A stretch of DNA of 64,000 nucleotides from Terriglobia bacterium (GTDB taxonomy: Bacteria; Acidobacteriota; Terriglobia; 2-12-FULL-54-10): contig CBDCTS010000007.1 in NCBI GenBank assembly GCA_965222345.1, forward strand, positions 43,853 to 107,852. The letters run 5' to 3'. A program made the translations under genes and the position numbers. Below, piece by piece: positions 40,126 through 50,771 of this stretch. The notes below the pieces were generated by a model. The model ran no database searches, had not been told where the DNA came from, and saw nothing but the letters and a program-made list of their open reading frames with translations. Each line of letters starts with the position of its first letter. Position 1 is the stretch's first letter.

Positions 40126-40138
40126 TAGGTGAAATGCT

Positions 40139-41425
40139 CTAGTTGCTCTTCACCTCGACCTTGGCAATCCCGTTGACACCGCTTGTGGCGAGCCACAGGT
40201 TGCCGTCCGGTGCTGCTACCATATGGCGCACCACGCCTCCGCCCGACGGGATCAGCCAGGTTTGGAATTTCTCCGCCTGGGGATCAAACAACACCACCGT
40301 ATTCGGCTTCACGCCCGATTCGCTGTACCACAGCTTGTTGCCGAACGTGGTGATGCCGTAAGGCGCGGACTTCGGCCCGCCGGGAGAGGGCCACTCGGTG
40401 GCTTGGCCCGTCTTGGGGTCGTACCGGCCCAGGGCGCCGCGCGCATAGTCGGTGTACCAGAGCACGTCATCCGGCGTGACGGCGATACGTCGCGGACGCG
40501 CGTCCGGATTCGGCAAGACGTATTCCCGAATCTCCATGGTGTCCGGATCGATGCTGGCCAGCTTGTTGGTGCGGAACTCGGTGAAGAAAGGAACGCCCTT
40601 GGAGTTCACCACGATGCCGTAGGGATTCGATCCCGCCGTGGGCGGAGTGGCCACCTTCACCTCGCCGGTCTCAGGGATGATTCTTCCTATCCTGTTGGAC
40701 CCGGACATGGTGAACCAAAGAGTTCCCTTTTGGTCGAAGATGGGCGTATGAGCGCGGCGGGCTTCGGGGTCCGGCATGCGGTATTCGGCTATCTCGCCTG
40801 TTTTTGGGTCGAGCTTGCCGACGTAAGCTCCATCAATGGCCGTGAACCAAATGTTGCCTTCTTTGTCGGCAACCAGGCCATGCGGCGCTGAATCGGGAGT
40901 CTTCAGGGGATATTGCTTGAACTGGCCGGTGGTGGGATCAAACCGCCCCAGCAAATTTTTCCTCTGACCCGTGTACCAGATGGAACCGTCCGGCGCAACG
41001 AGAGGATCGTGAGGCCGCGCGCCGGGTGTCGGCACGGTCCACTCCTGGATGGAGACTTCGACGCTGCCTGGAATCACCACCGCCTTGGGGGCCGTGTCCG
41101 GAAAATTGCTGATCAAATACGCGGTCACAACGCCGACCTGCTCTTCCGTCAGGGGAATGCCCAGCTCGACCATGCTGTTCATAATCGATTGCCATTCCTC
41201 CGGCGTATGGCCGCTCGGCCGGGTTATCAGGTTGAGTCCGTGGCACTCCCTGCAAGCCACCTCGACAAGATGCTTGCCAGCGCCTTCGGGCAATGCGCTT
41301 TGCTCCGATGAGGGACCCTGCTGGCTTTGTGCAGGAACCAAAGAAAACAGAAATACTGCCGACAGCAGCAACGCTGTTCGGACTCCGCCGGAATACCTCG
41401 CCATGCTCTGAGAGACTACTTTCAT
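40139..41425 (-). CDS. Secreted cytochrome c (CRECH) + Vgb/NHL-like beta-propeller protein (lacks the CarboxypepD_reg domain)
   Basis: Signal peptide. …LVEVACRECHGLNLITRPSGHTPEEW… followed by propeller blades homologous to 7136..8800 and 13159..14826. Confidence 0.65.
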   Translation of the reverse strand: MKVVSQSMARYSGGVRTALLLSAVFLFSLVPAQSQQGPSSEQSALPEGAGKHLVEVACRECHGLNLITRPSGHTPEEWQSIMNSMVELGIPLTEEQVGVVTAYLISNFPDTAPKAVVIPGSVEVSIQEWTVPTPGARPHDPLVAPDGSIWYTGQRKNLLGRFDPTTGQFKQYPLKTPDSAPHGLVADKEGNIWFTAIDGAYVGKLDPKTGEIAEYRMPDPEARRAHTPIFDQKGTLWFTMSGSNRIGRIIPETGEVKVATPPTAGSNPYGIVVNSKGVPFFTEFRTNKLASIDPDTMEIREYVLPNPDARPRRIAVTPDDVLWYTDYARGALGRYDPKTGQATEWPSPGGPKSAPYGITTFGNKLWYSESGVKPNTVVLFDPQAEKFQTWLIPSGGGVVRHMVAAPDGNLWLATSGVNGIAKVEVKSN

Positions 41426-41582
41426 AAAACCCTCCCCCTTCTCTGCAAGGGTGGAATTGTAGAGATTTTTGGATTTTCCGTCTTGCCCTGAGGCCAGATA
41501 TTACGCCACTTGATGCGGCGCTTCAAGCCGCGCGCCTCAAATCTTCAAACCAGTTCAGGACGACGTTGGCTTGCGCCACCTC

Positions 41583-42677
41583 TTATTCGAGTGGCTTGTT
41601 TTGCATTAAATACGGATCAATCCCAACACGCCGAAAGTATCCGGACGCCTTGATTTGAAGAAACCGCACGCCGGCGTCCGCAAGAGGGCGCAGGTTATGA
41701 TATTCATTGGCTTCGACGATAAACAAATCACCTTCTTTCCAATCCACCCTCCTTTCCGCTTCCCCTTCGCGCTGCAGCAAGACATATCCTTCTCCGCTCA
41801 GGATATAGTAAACGACCTCCCAAAGGTGCCGGTGCGAGGGGGTCGTTGCTTCCATTCCGACGAATTCCCGCACTTCCATTTCCAACAGCCGATTGTCAGC
41901 CATATCTCCTGACGGATTGATGGTGATGCCCAGCATTCTTTCCCCGCGGTCCTTCATTTCCCGGTTCCTGAGATTCGGCAATATGTGGCCAACATTCATT
42001 CGAACCGTATCCGGACCTTCCGTTGCGTTACCCACATATTCCGGCCTCTGTCCAACTGCCTTTCCCCATCGCTCCTCAAAGCTGAAATCGGAAGAGGAAA
42101 GGAAGGCGCTATTGTGAAAAACATTTTCCGTCAGAGGCGTGGTGGTGATTGACAGGTAGCGGGCGGGGGTGTCCGAAGAGCCGTTGAAGTGTTGATGCCA
42201 GGAATTCAGGGCGGGCGACAGCAAATCCCCCTCGGCCCATTCGTACCGTTCCTTCTTCCCTTCCGTGCGGTTCCACATCAGCGAATAGCCATTGCCCGAA
42301 ACGATGTAAATCATCTCTTCGGCCAAGTGCCGGTGCGGGGCCAGCGCCCCTCCGGGCGGGATCTCTACTAGAGTCGTATCGACTTGCCGAAGACGTCCTT
42401 CGCCAATGATCGCGGTGCCCGCTCCCAAAGCCTGATCGAACTGCACCGGGTGTTGTTTCAGACGGAGCGTCTCCGGGGATGAAGGCATTTGCTGCCCAAG
42501 CAGTTCTGTAGCGCCTCCCAGAAGCGTATAAGCAAAGCCAAAGAAAAAGAAAATGATACCCGGCAATCCGTGCAGAAATTTGTTCATTGCCTTCCCGCCT
42601 TTCCTGTTGCCTTCGACGTGCGCCGCCAGGAGATTCGAACCGGTAATATGCGGCGTTGAGTTTCCTCTTAGCCCCAA
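41583..42677 (-). CDS. Bicupin (two cupin domains) protein, probably secreted
   Basis: Two cupin cores (…EMIYIVSGNGYSLMW…GDLLSPALNSWHQHFN… and …WEVVYYILSGEGYVLLQ…GDLFIVEANEYHNL…). Hydrophobic N-terminus after an internal Met. Confidence 0.6.
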   Translation of the reverse strand: MGLRGNSTPHITGSNLLAAHVEGNRKGGKAMNKFLHGLPGIIFFFFGFAYTLLGGATELLGQQMPSSPETLRLKQHPVQFDQALGAGTAIIGEGRLRQVDTTLVEIPPGGALAPHRHLAEEMIYIVSGNGYSLMWNRTEGKKERYEWAEGDLLSPALNSWHQHFNGSSDTPARYLSITTTPLTENVFHNSAFLSSSDFSFEERWGKAVGQRPEYVGNATEGPDTVRMNVGHILPNLRNREMKDRGERMLGITINPSGDMADNRLLEMEVREFVGMEATTPSHRHLWEVVYYILSGEGYVLLQREGEAERRVDWKEGDLFIVEANEYHNLRPLADAGVRFLQIKASGYFRRVGIDPYLMQNKPLE

Positions 42678-42828
42678 AGCATACGCCAGCCGTCTTTACG
42701 GCTCAAGGATCGGATCACCCTTCCCGTTTTGAATCATCCATCCCCGCTGCAATCGTGGGAACGGAAATGCTATTGGGAATCAAGATGCGTGCAGGATTTC
42801 AGGCCCCGCCCTGCCTTCTTTCTGACTT

Positions 42829-43155
42829 CTACAAACCCAGGATTCCTGGTTGGCCATGGTAAAAGAGTCCGGCCAGCGCGCCTGTCATGAGCGTGGCCAG
42901 AGTAGCTCCCGCCAGCGCGCGAAACGCCAGAGCAGTGAGATCGTTCCGGCGAGAGGGAACCAGAGCGGTGATGCCTCCGACAAAGATTCCCATCGAAGCC
43001 ACATGGGCAAACCCGCACAGCGCATAAGAGAGGACGAGCAAAGCCCTGGGAGAGACGGCCTGAGCGGCGGCCATTTCTCCCAACTGCTGGTATGCCACCA
43101 CCTCGGTCAGGATGACTCGCTTGCCGAGAAGCTGGGCAGCCAGGGGAAGATCGCT
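42829..43155 (-). pseudogene. NupC/CNT-family nucleoside transporter, 3' fragment (separated from the 5' part by IS3 copy 2)
   Basis: …[19 protein letters not shown]…[22 protein letters not shown]… is the conserved CNT C-terminal region. The first 9 codons of the ORF derive from the IS end. Confidence 0.7.
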
Positions 43156-43185
43156 GTGACCTGCCCCCGGTTGTTGGTCCACTTT

Positions 43186-44040
43186 TTATGTTAGTCCATA
43201 AGCCGTTGCAGCCGGGTGGAGCGGAGCGGAACCCGGCCGTAACGGCAGGATCGCTTCCGGGGCTGGCGGCCGGTAGCCTAACGCGCTGTGCGGGCGAACT
43301 TTGTTATACTCCCGCCGCCATCCCTCAATCAACACCTTCGCTTCCTGCAAGGTGTAGAAGATCTCCCCATTGAGAAACTCGTCTCGAAACTTCCCGTTCA
43401 ACGATTCTACATACCCGTTTTCCCATGGGCTCCCCGGCTCGATGAACAAGGTCTTTACCCCTACCCGCTCCAGCCAGTTCCGAACCAACCGTGCTGTGAA
43501 CTCGGACCCGTTATCCGAGCGAATGTAATCGGGAACTCCTCGCTCCACAAACAAGGCTGCCAGCCGTTCCAAGACACTCATCGAATCAGCTCGCCGTTCT
43601 ACGTCGATTGCCAAACATTCTCGCGTGTACTCATCCACCACCGTCAACATCTTCAGGGGACGACCATCCTGGGTTCGATCTGCCACAAAATCGTACGCCC
43701 AGACATGATCCCGCCAGCACGGTCTTAACCGAAGACACGACCCATCGTTCAACCACAGGCGGCTTTTCCGGGGTTGTTTCTTCGGCACTTTCAGTCCCTC
43801 CTGCCTCCAGATTCTCTCCACCCGCTTATGGTTCACCCTCCACCCCTCCCGTCGCAACAGCGCCGTGATTCGCCGGTAGCCGTATCGACCGTACTCGCCG
43901 GCTAACTGCAGCGTCCGGGTCACCAGTCGCGGTTCATCCTGTGGTGTCAAGGTTCGATGCCGCTGGGTGGATCGGTACTGCCTCAGCACTCGACACGCCC
44001 GCCGCTCCGACACTCCCAAGGTCTGACAGACACGCTCCAC
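43186..44040 (-). CDS. IS3-family transposase OrfB
   Basis: 284 aa; identical to 9931..10782 except for one extra residue (HKRVERIW). Confidence 0.85.
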   Translation of the reverse strand: MERVCQTLGVSERRACRVLRQYRSTQRHRTLTPQDEPRLVTRTLQLAGEYGRYGYRRITALLRREGWRVNHKRVERIWRQEGLKVPKKQPRKSRLWLNDGSCLRLRPCWRDHVWAYDFVADRTQDGRPLKMLTVVDEYTRECLAIDVERRADSMSVLERLAALFVERGVPDYIRSDNGSEFTARLVRNWLERVGVKTLFIEPGSPWENGYVESLNGKFRDEFLNGEIFYTLQEAKVLIEGWRREYNKVRPHSALGYRPPAPEAILPLRPGSAPLHPAATAYGLT

Positions 44041-44063
44041 TGCCTGCCTCCGTCGGCACGGGC

Positions 44064-44342
44064 TTAGAAGTTTCCCGAGGATGCCTCCTTCAGAATCGCA
44101 AGGTCCAACGCCTGATCCGCTACCAACTTCTTCAGTCGGCCATTCTCCCGTTCCAGTTCCTTCAAACGCCTCACCTGATCAACCCGCAAGCTCCCATACT
44201 CCTTCCGCCATCGATAATATGTCTGCTCCGTGATTCCCAACTTCCGACAGACCACTCCCGTTGTCTGGCCCTTAGCCAGTTCCACTTCTGCCTCTCGTAG
44301 ATGTCGGATGATCTGTTCGACCGTATACCGCTTCTTAGCCAT
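44064..44342 (-). CDS. IS3-family transposase OrfA
   Basis: Identical to 9629..9907. Confidence 0.85.
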   Translation of the reverse strand: MAKKRYTVEQIIRHLREAEVELAKGQTTGVVCRKLGITEQTYYRWRKEYGSLRVDQVRRLKELERENGRLKKLVADQALDLAILKEASSGNF

Positions 44343-44419
44343 CCTTCCCCCTTTTTCAAGTCCAGTTGAAACCCTTTACTCTAACTTATCAACTGGACCG
44401 TTTTTGGGGGGGCAGGTCC

Positions 44420-45400
44420 GCTGCTTCCCAGGCCCAGCAGCCAGGCGAGCGGGGTGAACAGCCAGCCCAGAATTCGCTCCAGGCTCAGCGGCGCGCCAAA
44501 CCAAACTTCCAAAGGTGCGGTCAACTTCCCCAACGCCAGGTCCACGATCCCAACCACGCCCAAGACCGCAATCAGCAGCGTGGCGATGCCTGCGGCCAGC
44601 TTTAAACCGTCCCAGGAACCGGCGCTCAGCGCGGCCATGCTGTTGTCGTGAAGCTGGGACTCGGCCAGAGGAGGCAGAGCGCCTAGCGTCTCCGGTTTGC
44701 CCGTCTCGGGAAGCATCAGTTTGGAGACCAGAACCGCTGCCGGTATGGAAAGAACGGAGGTGGAGATGAGATGCCCGGCGATCTGGGGAAAACCATCCTG
44801 GAGAAAGAAGACGTACAGAGCCAGAGTGGTGGAGGCGGCGGTTGACATGGCGCAGGTAAGAAGGGTCAACAGTTCCGAGCGAGTCATCCCGGCCAGATAG
44901 GGCCGGATGGTAGTGGCGGATTCGATCCCCACGAAGATGTTCGAGGAGCCGGCCAGCGCCTCCGCCCCGGACAGGCGCAGCGTCTTTTGGAACAACCGCG
45001 CGAACAGCCGGATCACCGGCTGAATCAGGCCCAGGTGGTAGCACACCGACATCAGTGCGGCGAAGAAAACCACGGCGGGCAGCACCTGCGCCGCCAGGAT
45101 AAATCCCACGGAGGGTTCCCCCGCCGAGGTGGTCTCGCCCGGATTAAGAGCCAGAGGTCCGAAAAGAAACTCAGCCCCGGTGCGGCTTGCTCCCAGCAAG
45201 GCAACCACCAGGTCATTGATGCTCAGCAGGAGAAGGCGTGTCTGCGGCAGCAAGAAGACCAGCGCCCCCAGTGCCAGCATCAACACCCCTGAGCCGCAAA
45301 CCGGCCGCCAAGGCAGCGGCCTGCGGAAGCCTCCCGCTGCCCACCCCAGACAGCCCAACCCAAGCAGTCCAAGCAAAGAGATCAGATTCAGCACGCTCAT
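44420..45400 (-). pseudogene. NupC/CNT-family nucleoside transporter, 5' fragment
   Basis: N-terminal TM helices and the …SNIFVGIESATTIRPYL… region of CNT transporters. The frame runs into the IS end at 44420. Confidence 0.7.
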
Positions 45401-45471
45401 GATTCAATTCGCGCAGCCTTCCGCCTTGAACCGGCTGGCGCAAGTCTGGAGTTTGGAGCGGACAATTTGCC

Positions 45472-46389
45472 CTAAAGCGCCGGTCGCCGCGTCCAATAAG
45501 CAGCAAGCAAAGAGCCGCTGAGATTGTGCCAGACGCTGAACACGGCTCCGGGCAGCGCGGCTGCGGCCGGGAAGAATTGCGTCGCCAGAGCGACCCCAAG
45601 CCCGGAGTTTTGCATTCCGACTTCTATGGCGAATGTCCGGGAAATACGCGCTTCCAGGCCGAGCAGCCTTGGCAGAGTATAGCCTGCTGCAAGTCCCAGG
45701 CAATTGTGAAGCATCACGGCAATCACCACCGGCCAAGCCAGAACTACCTCGCGGCCGGCATTCAGGGCAACGACAATCGCAATGATAATCACGATGGCTG
45801 CTACGGAGACCAGCGGAAACGCTCTGCTCAGAAATGCAAGCCTCACTCCGAAAAGCTGGTTGATGGTAACCCCAGCCAACACCGGCATAATGACGACCTT
45901 CAGAATGGACAGCAGCATGGAGGCTACGGGGACAGGCACCAATTCTCCGACATAGAACCAGGTCAGCGCCGGGGTAAGCAGCACGGCGAGCAGAGTAGAG
46001 GCAGTGGTCATGGTGATGGAAAGGGCCACGTCTCCGCGCGCCAAGTAACATATCACATTCGACGCGGTGCCTCCCGGACAGGCTCCCACCAGAATGAGGC
46101 CCGCCAAAAGCTCTGGCCGCAAGCCCAAAGCATGGCCAACGAGCCACGCCGCAAGAGGCATGATCCCAAACTGCAACGCCGCGCCGCCCGCTATCAGCAC
46201 AGGCCTGCGGGCCACTTCCAGAAAGTCGCGCGCTCTCAAGGTCAAGCCCATTCCGAACATGACCACGCCGAGCAGCGGAACGATCGCGGGGCTCAGCGGC
46301 GTCAGGCGGTCCGGCCACGCCAGCGCCCCTGCAGCGCCGGCTACAGCCCAAAGCGGAAACAGGAGCACCAAAAGATCAACAACCCGCAT
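45472..46389 (-). CDS. Bile acid:sodium symporter (BASS/SBF) family transporter
   Basis: Start assigned to the internal Met (MRVVDLLVLLFPLW…). …LVGACPGGTASNV… BASS signature. The ORF track extends to 46512. Confidence 0.7.
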   Translation of the reverse strand: MRVVDLLVLLFPLWAVAGAAGALAWPDRLTPLSPAIVPLLGVVMFGMGLTLRARDFLEVARRPVLIAGGAALQFGIMPLAAWLVGHALGLRPELLAGLILVGACPGGTASNVICYLARGDVALSITMTTASTLLAVLLTPALTWFYVGELVPVPVASMLLSILKVVIMPVLAGVTINQLFGVRLAFLSRAFPLVSVAAIVIIIAIVVALNAGREVVLAWPVVIAVMLHNCLGLAAGYTLPRLLGLEARISRTFAIEVGMQNSGLGVALATQFFPAAAALPGAVFSVWHNLSGSLLAAYWTRRPAL

Positions 46390-46580
46390 GGACCGTGACC
46401 TGCCCAAGATGTTGCGACAACGTGAATTCTCCGGCATTCCGATCTGCGATTCCTCGCCGCCGGGCGGCTGCGACTCAGCGCGCGCCAGCCTCGCTCGCTG
46501 GCATCCGAACACGCGGTCCGCCGGCAGGGCAAGACAGGCGATTTCCCTTTCCAGCTTGCCCCACGGGAATGAGATTGGGG

Positions 46581-48188
46581 TCAGTTAACGCGTTTGGTCT
46601 GTCCGGTCCAGTATTGCTCTCGCAACACTTTCTTCAGAATCTTCCCCGTGCCGCTTTTCGGCAACTCCGACAGAAACTCGAAAGACCGCGGAATCTTGAA
46701 CCTTGCCAGCCGCTTGCTGAGGAAGGCGGTCAACTCCTGCTTGGTGGGGGAAGCATTATCTTTCAGAACTACCAGCGCTTTGGGCAGCTCCCCCCACTTC
46801 TCGTCCGGAACCGCAATGACGGCGCATTCATAGACGCCAGGATGGGCCGACAAGGCTTTCTCCACTTCCAGCGAGGAGATATTCTCTCCGCCGCTGATGA
46901 TGATTTCCTTCTTGCGATCCACAATCAGCAAATAGCCTTCTTCATCCCAAACCGCCATGTCCCCCGTATAAAACCAGCCGTTGCGAATAACCGCCCGGGT
47001 CTGCTCGGGACGGCGCCAGTATCCTTCCATTACGCCGTCGCTGCGGGCTACGATTTCCCCCACCGTCTGCCCATCCCGGGGAACGTTCCGGCCCGTCTCA
47101 TCCACAATCCGCAGTTCTACTCCGACTGCTGAAAACCCGGTCATCGCCTGTCGGCGCAACTGCTCCTGGGGACTGGCGCCCAGCAGGGTGTCTTTGACAT
47201 AGGCAATCGTCAGCACCGGCGATGTCTCCGTCAGCCCATAACCTGCGTAGCATTTGCAGCCGAGTTTCTGCTCGACCGATTGAATCAACTCCTCCGAGGA
47301 CGCCGAGCCGCCAATCATGAGCCACTTCAGACTGCTCAAGTCATAACGGGCCAGTTCCGGATAATGAACCAGCGCTGCGGCCATGGTGGGGACCAAGGAA
47401 AAAGTGGTCACTTTTTCCTTCTGGACCAGACGGCAAACTTGCTGAGGATCGAACCGCCTCAGGATCACATGCGTAGCGCCCGCCGCCGTCACCGTATGCG
47501 CATGCCCCCAGCCGTTGGCGTGAAAGAGGGGAATCGTGTGCAGTTCAACCCCCGTATCGGGAGTCTGAAACGTCGCCAGGACATTGAGCGCATGCAGGTA
47601 AACGGTACGATGGCTCAGCATGACTCCTTTGGGTTGACCGCTGGTGCCACTGGTGTAAAACAGCTCGGCAAGCGAGTTCTCATCGACCCCCAGAAAATCG
47701 TAGGGAGCCGGAGAGGCTTCGGCCAATAGCTGGTCGTAGTCCCGCGATTCAATCCAGCCGGGAGCGTGTTCGGAAGACCGTCCTGCCGCTTCCAGCAGAA
47801 AGAACCTGTCCAATCCCGTCAACTGTTGCTTGATCCCTCCCACCAGGGAAATAAAGTCCTGGTCCAAAAATAATAACCGGGCCCCGGAATCTTGCAGGAT
47901 AAAGGCGACCTCGTGAGACGCCAGCCGGATATTCAGCGGCAGCAACACCCCCCCGGCTTGCAACACTCCGTAGTAGGCCTCCAGCAGCCGGTGGCAGTTA
48001 TAGCTGAGGAATGCCACTGGCTCGCCGGGCCGCAGCCCCTGGCTCCGAAGCGCGCCCGCCAGCCGCATGCATCTGTCAAAAAATTCCGAATAAGTGAAGC
48101 TATGTTCCCCGCAAACGACGCCGGCTTTTTTTCCATAGATTCTATGTGCCCGCTCCAAAAATCGCAGTGGGGACAACGGTAAAATCAT
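46581..48188 (-). CDS. AMP-dependent synthetase/ligase (long-chain acyl-CoA synthetase-like)
   Basis: …YTSGTSGQPKGVMLSHR… AMP-binding motif. 535 aa. Confidence 0.85.
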   Translation of the reverse strand: MILPLSPLRFLERAHRIYGKKAGVVCGEHSFTYSEFFDRCMRLAGALRSQGLRPGEPVAFLSYNCHRLLEAYYGVLQAGGVLLPLNIRLASHEVAFILQDSGARLLFLDQDFISLVGGIKQQLTGLDRFFLLEAAGRSSEHAPGWIESRDYDQLLAEASPAPYDFLGVDENSLAELFYTSGTSGQPKGVMLSHRTVYLHALNVLATFQTPDTGVELHTIPLFHANGWGHAHTVTAAGATHVILRRFDPQQVCRLVQKEKVTTFSLVPTMAAALVHYPELARYDLSSLKWLMIGGSASSEELIQSVEQKLGCKCYAGYGLTETSPVLTIAYVKDTLLGASPQEQLRRQAMTGFSAVGVELRIVDETGRNVPRDGQTVGEIVARSDGVMEGYWRRPEQTRAVIRNGWFYTGDMAVWDEEGYLLIVDRKKEIIISGGENISSLEVEKALSAHPGVYECAVIAVPDEKWGELPKALVVLKDNASPTKQELTAFLSKRLARFKIPRSFEFLSELPKSGTGKILKKVLREQYWTGQTKRVN

Positions 48189-48599
48189 GATTGCTCTTTA
48201 TCCTCCCCGCGTGCCCACATGCTTCCTCTCTCACCTGTCCAGGAAACGCATCCCGGCGCCAGCCGTTATCCGGAAAACGGCTGGAGAAAAACGTCGCCTC
48301 ATTCTAACCAAGGTGGGAGGCAGGTTCAATCCAGGCTGGATTGCAGTTATAGAAAATTCGACGAAACAGGAGAAACCGTGCTCCGGGCCGGCCCCGAACG
48401 GGAGGACGGTTGAAAGCGGCTTGGCAGGTTCAAGAAACTTCGGGAACCGTGAGGTCTTCGACTTCTCGTTCCCGGAACTGCCCTGGAAGGAACGAATCCC
48501 ATGCCATCCGGGCTTGAGTCGGCAGGAGAAACTGTCGTATCTTTGTGGACGAGGAAGCAATGGAAACCGTGATCCCCTCATAAAGGTTGCTGATTTGGC

Positions 48600-49133
48600 A
48601 TGAGAAAAATAATTCAAGATTTCCTCGATGAATATCTTCGCTACAGGATTACAGCGGAAAAAGCGATGGCTCAAGTTCCCGACGATGCTTTGAACCGCAT
48701 CGTCACCCCCTCCGGCAACTCCATCGCGATGCTAGTTCGCCATATCAGTGGAAACCTGACCTCCCGGTTTACGGACTTCTTAACGACGGACGGAGAAAAA
48801 CCGTGGCGCAATCGCGACTCAGAATTTGAAACCAGGGAGTACCAGCGCAGCGAGGTTAATGATCTGTGGGAAAGGGGATGGGCAGTGCTGGAGAAAGAAC
48901 TGGGCTCCGTAACGGATAGCGACCTGAGCAAGACGGTCCGGATTCGCGGCCGGGCATGGACCGTACATGAGGCACTGACCCGATCGCTTGCCCACTCGTC
49001 ATACCACGTCGGAGAGATCGTCCTGCTTGCGCGAATGTTCTCCGGAGCCGAATGGAAGTGGATTAGCATTCCGAAGGGAATGTCCAAACAGTACAGCCAA
49101 AACCCGACGCTAGAAAAAAAACCATCCTCGTGA
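48600..49133 (+). CDS. DinB/YfiT-like (DUF1572) putative metal-dependent hydrolase
   Basis: …MLVRHISGNLTSRFTDF… …SLAHSSYHVGEIVLL… with a His-rich four-helix DinB_2 pattern. Confidence 0.55.
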   Translation: MRKIIQDFLDEYLRYRITAEKAMAQVPDDALNRIVTPSGNSIAMLVRHISGNLTSRFTDFLTTDGEKPWRNRDSEFETREYQRSEVNDLWERGWAVLEKELGSVTDSDLSKTVRIRGRAWTVHEALTRSLAHSSYHVGEIVLLARMFSGAEWKWISIPKGMSKQYSQNPTLEKKPSS

Positions 49134-49421
49134 TGCTTTTCACAACTCCTGGGCGCGGGCAACACTCCAAAACCGTATTTGTAAGATATAAACCCGCATT
49201 TCCATTTTGAAAACGCAGCTGCAATCTTCTGCTAACCTCCCACATCAATGCGGTGTCGGACGAATCTGGCCTTCGGGAGTGGTTGCAAGGGGTCGTGAGG
49301 ACTTCTGGCAGGTGGGTTCTGAGCTAGCGGCCCTCTCGGAGGGAAAATTGAACTCGGTGGGACGCAAATGGGTGTATATTTTCAATCGTTGGAAGGGCAA
49401 AAAGGAAATTACGGCTAAGAT

Positions 49422-50771
49422 ATGAGAAGTTTGGAACAACTGTTTGATGACCTTTGCGAACAGCGATTTCATCTCGATTTCAGTCGCATCGAGCTTCAGC
49501 GTTTTCGTGATGGAAACCAGTTCATTGGACCGGGGTACATTCGCCAAAAGGTTCCGCGGGATTTCGAGATCAAGATTTACGCAAAGGGTCGTGTAGATAT
49601 CTCCGAATTCTTCAAGGAATTCCAGTCCGTTAAGCCAGGGGTGTTTTATGAGGAGAATGACCTCTACCGTCTGAGTGCGACTGACATTTACGGCAGACGC
49701 TGGACAGCTGAAGGGATTGTTAATCCCGAACCGAGCGGCCTCGCTCACGGCGACGGGTACATCGTTGTCGCCACATGCAACGAATTAGCACTTACCGAAA
49801 GATCGTCGAAACAGAACTCTACATCTCTTTCACTAAGGTCGTTGGCTCCGATCCGATTCCCCTACAACGTGCATACTGAGGAAACGACTCGCATCGGTCA
49901 ACAGGAACGTCGTGGTCGCCGCCTCAATGTAGCGCAGTTTACGTCGAATGGATTTGATTTTCTCTTTAAAGACGATCAAGGTCTCTCCGTTTGGGCGGTG
50001 TTTAAGGGCCAGTCATTACCAGCGAGGGCCACCGAACGAATTACGGAGGCGGTCGCATTCACTCTTGGCACGCTGCCGCTATGGACGATGCGCACTTGCT
50101 CCGATGGAGGCAGCCAAGTCACACGTTTTCAGAATCCTAAGCAGCCCTTCAGGAAGTCGACACCGTGGCCTCCCTATAGGGTTGAACTCGTGGATGACAC
50201 GGGGGCGATCTGGGGAATGTTTGACAAGTACCTGGCCTACGTGCTGCGGGATACAGAGAATCAGACCCATCCGTTATCACGATGGGTCGGCAGTATAGGA
50301 CTAGCCCGCGGCAGCTCCCTGGAAGGTCTAGCCCTAACACTTGCCGTCGCAGTCGAATCTGTCTTGGATCAATTTTACAAGGACATCGGACAACCGGCGT
50401 CTACGTATGTGAAAGCTGTCGAAGATTTGATTGAACATCTGGAGAAATGGGACGGAGATAACCATGTTATTTCACGTGCGAAGGGCTCGATCAGCGGTTT
50501 GAAGGGTGCTCGTGCTGATGATCGGTTGCGGCAGTTGGTGAACGACGGAGTAATATTCGAGAACGACCGTGTGGCATGGAAGAAACTTCGTAATGCCGCT
50601 GCTCACGGCAGCTGGGACTTCAATGGTGACAGTCTGCAGAAACTGCTGGACCTGACAGGGACTGCTCTTTGTTTATTCAATCGGCTCGTATTCTGCCTAA
50701 TCGGTTATTCGGGTAAGCAAACCGATTACGGAAGGCATGGCTGGCCAACTGTGGAATACGTTCCCGGATGA
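49422..50771 (+). CDS. Hypothetical protein (449 aa) with a C-terminal helical domain carrying an R-x4-H (HEPN-like) motif, in a low-GC island
   Basis: No family recognised by eye. C-terminal …VAWKKLRNAAAHGSWDF… The local GC is clearly lower than flanking DNA. A 136-bp gap separates its stop from the methyltransferase start. Confidence 0.6.
   Translation: MRSLEQLFDDLCEQRFHLDFSRIELQRFRDGNQFIGPGYIRQKVPRDFEIKIYAKGRVDISEFFKEFQSVKPGVFYEENDLYRLSATDIYGRRWTAEGIVNPEPSGLAHGDGYIVVATCNELALTERSSKQNSTSLSLRSLAPIRFPYNVHTEETTRIGQQERRGRRLNVAQFTSNGFDFLFKDDQGLSVWAVFKGQSLPARATERITEAVAFTLGTLPLWTMRTCSDGGSQVTRFQNPKQPFRKSTPWPPYRVELVDDTGAIWGMFDKYLAYVLRDTENQTHPLSRWVGSIGLARGSSLEGLALTLAVAVESVLDQFYKDIGQPASTYVKAVEDLIEHLEKWDGDNHVISRAKGSISGLKGARADDRLRQLVNDGVIFENDRVAWKKLRNAAAHGSWDFNGDSLQKLLDLTGTALCLFNRLVFCLIGYSGKQTDYGRHGWPTVEYVPG

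Larger units (their letters stand above)
43156..44419 (-). mobile_element. IS3-family insertion sequence, copy 2
   Basis: ~1264 bp. Same IRs as 9552..10812. 3-bp target duplication GCT (43153..43155 and 44420..44422). Confidence 0.85.
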
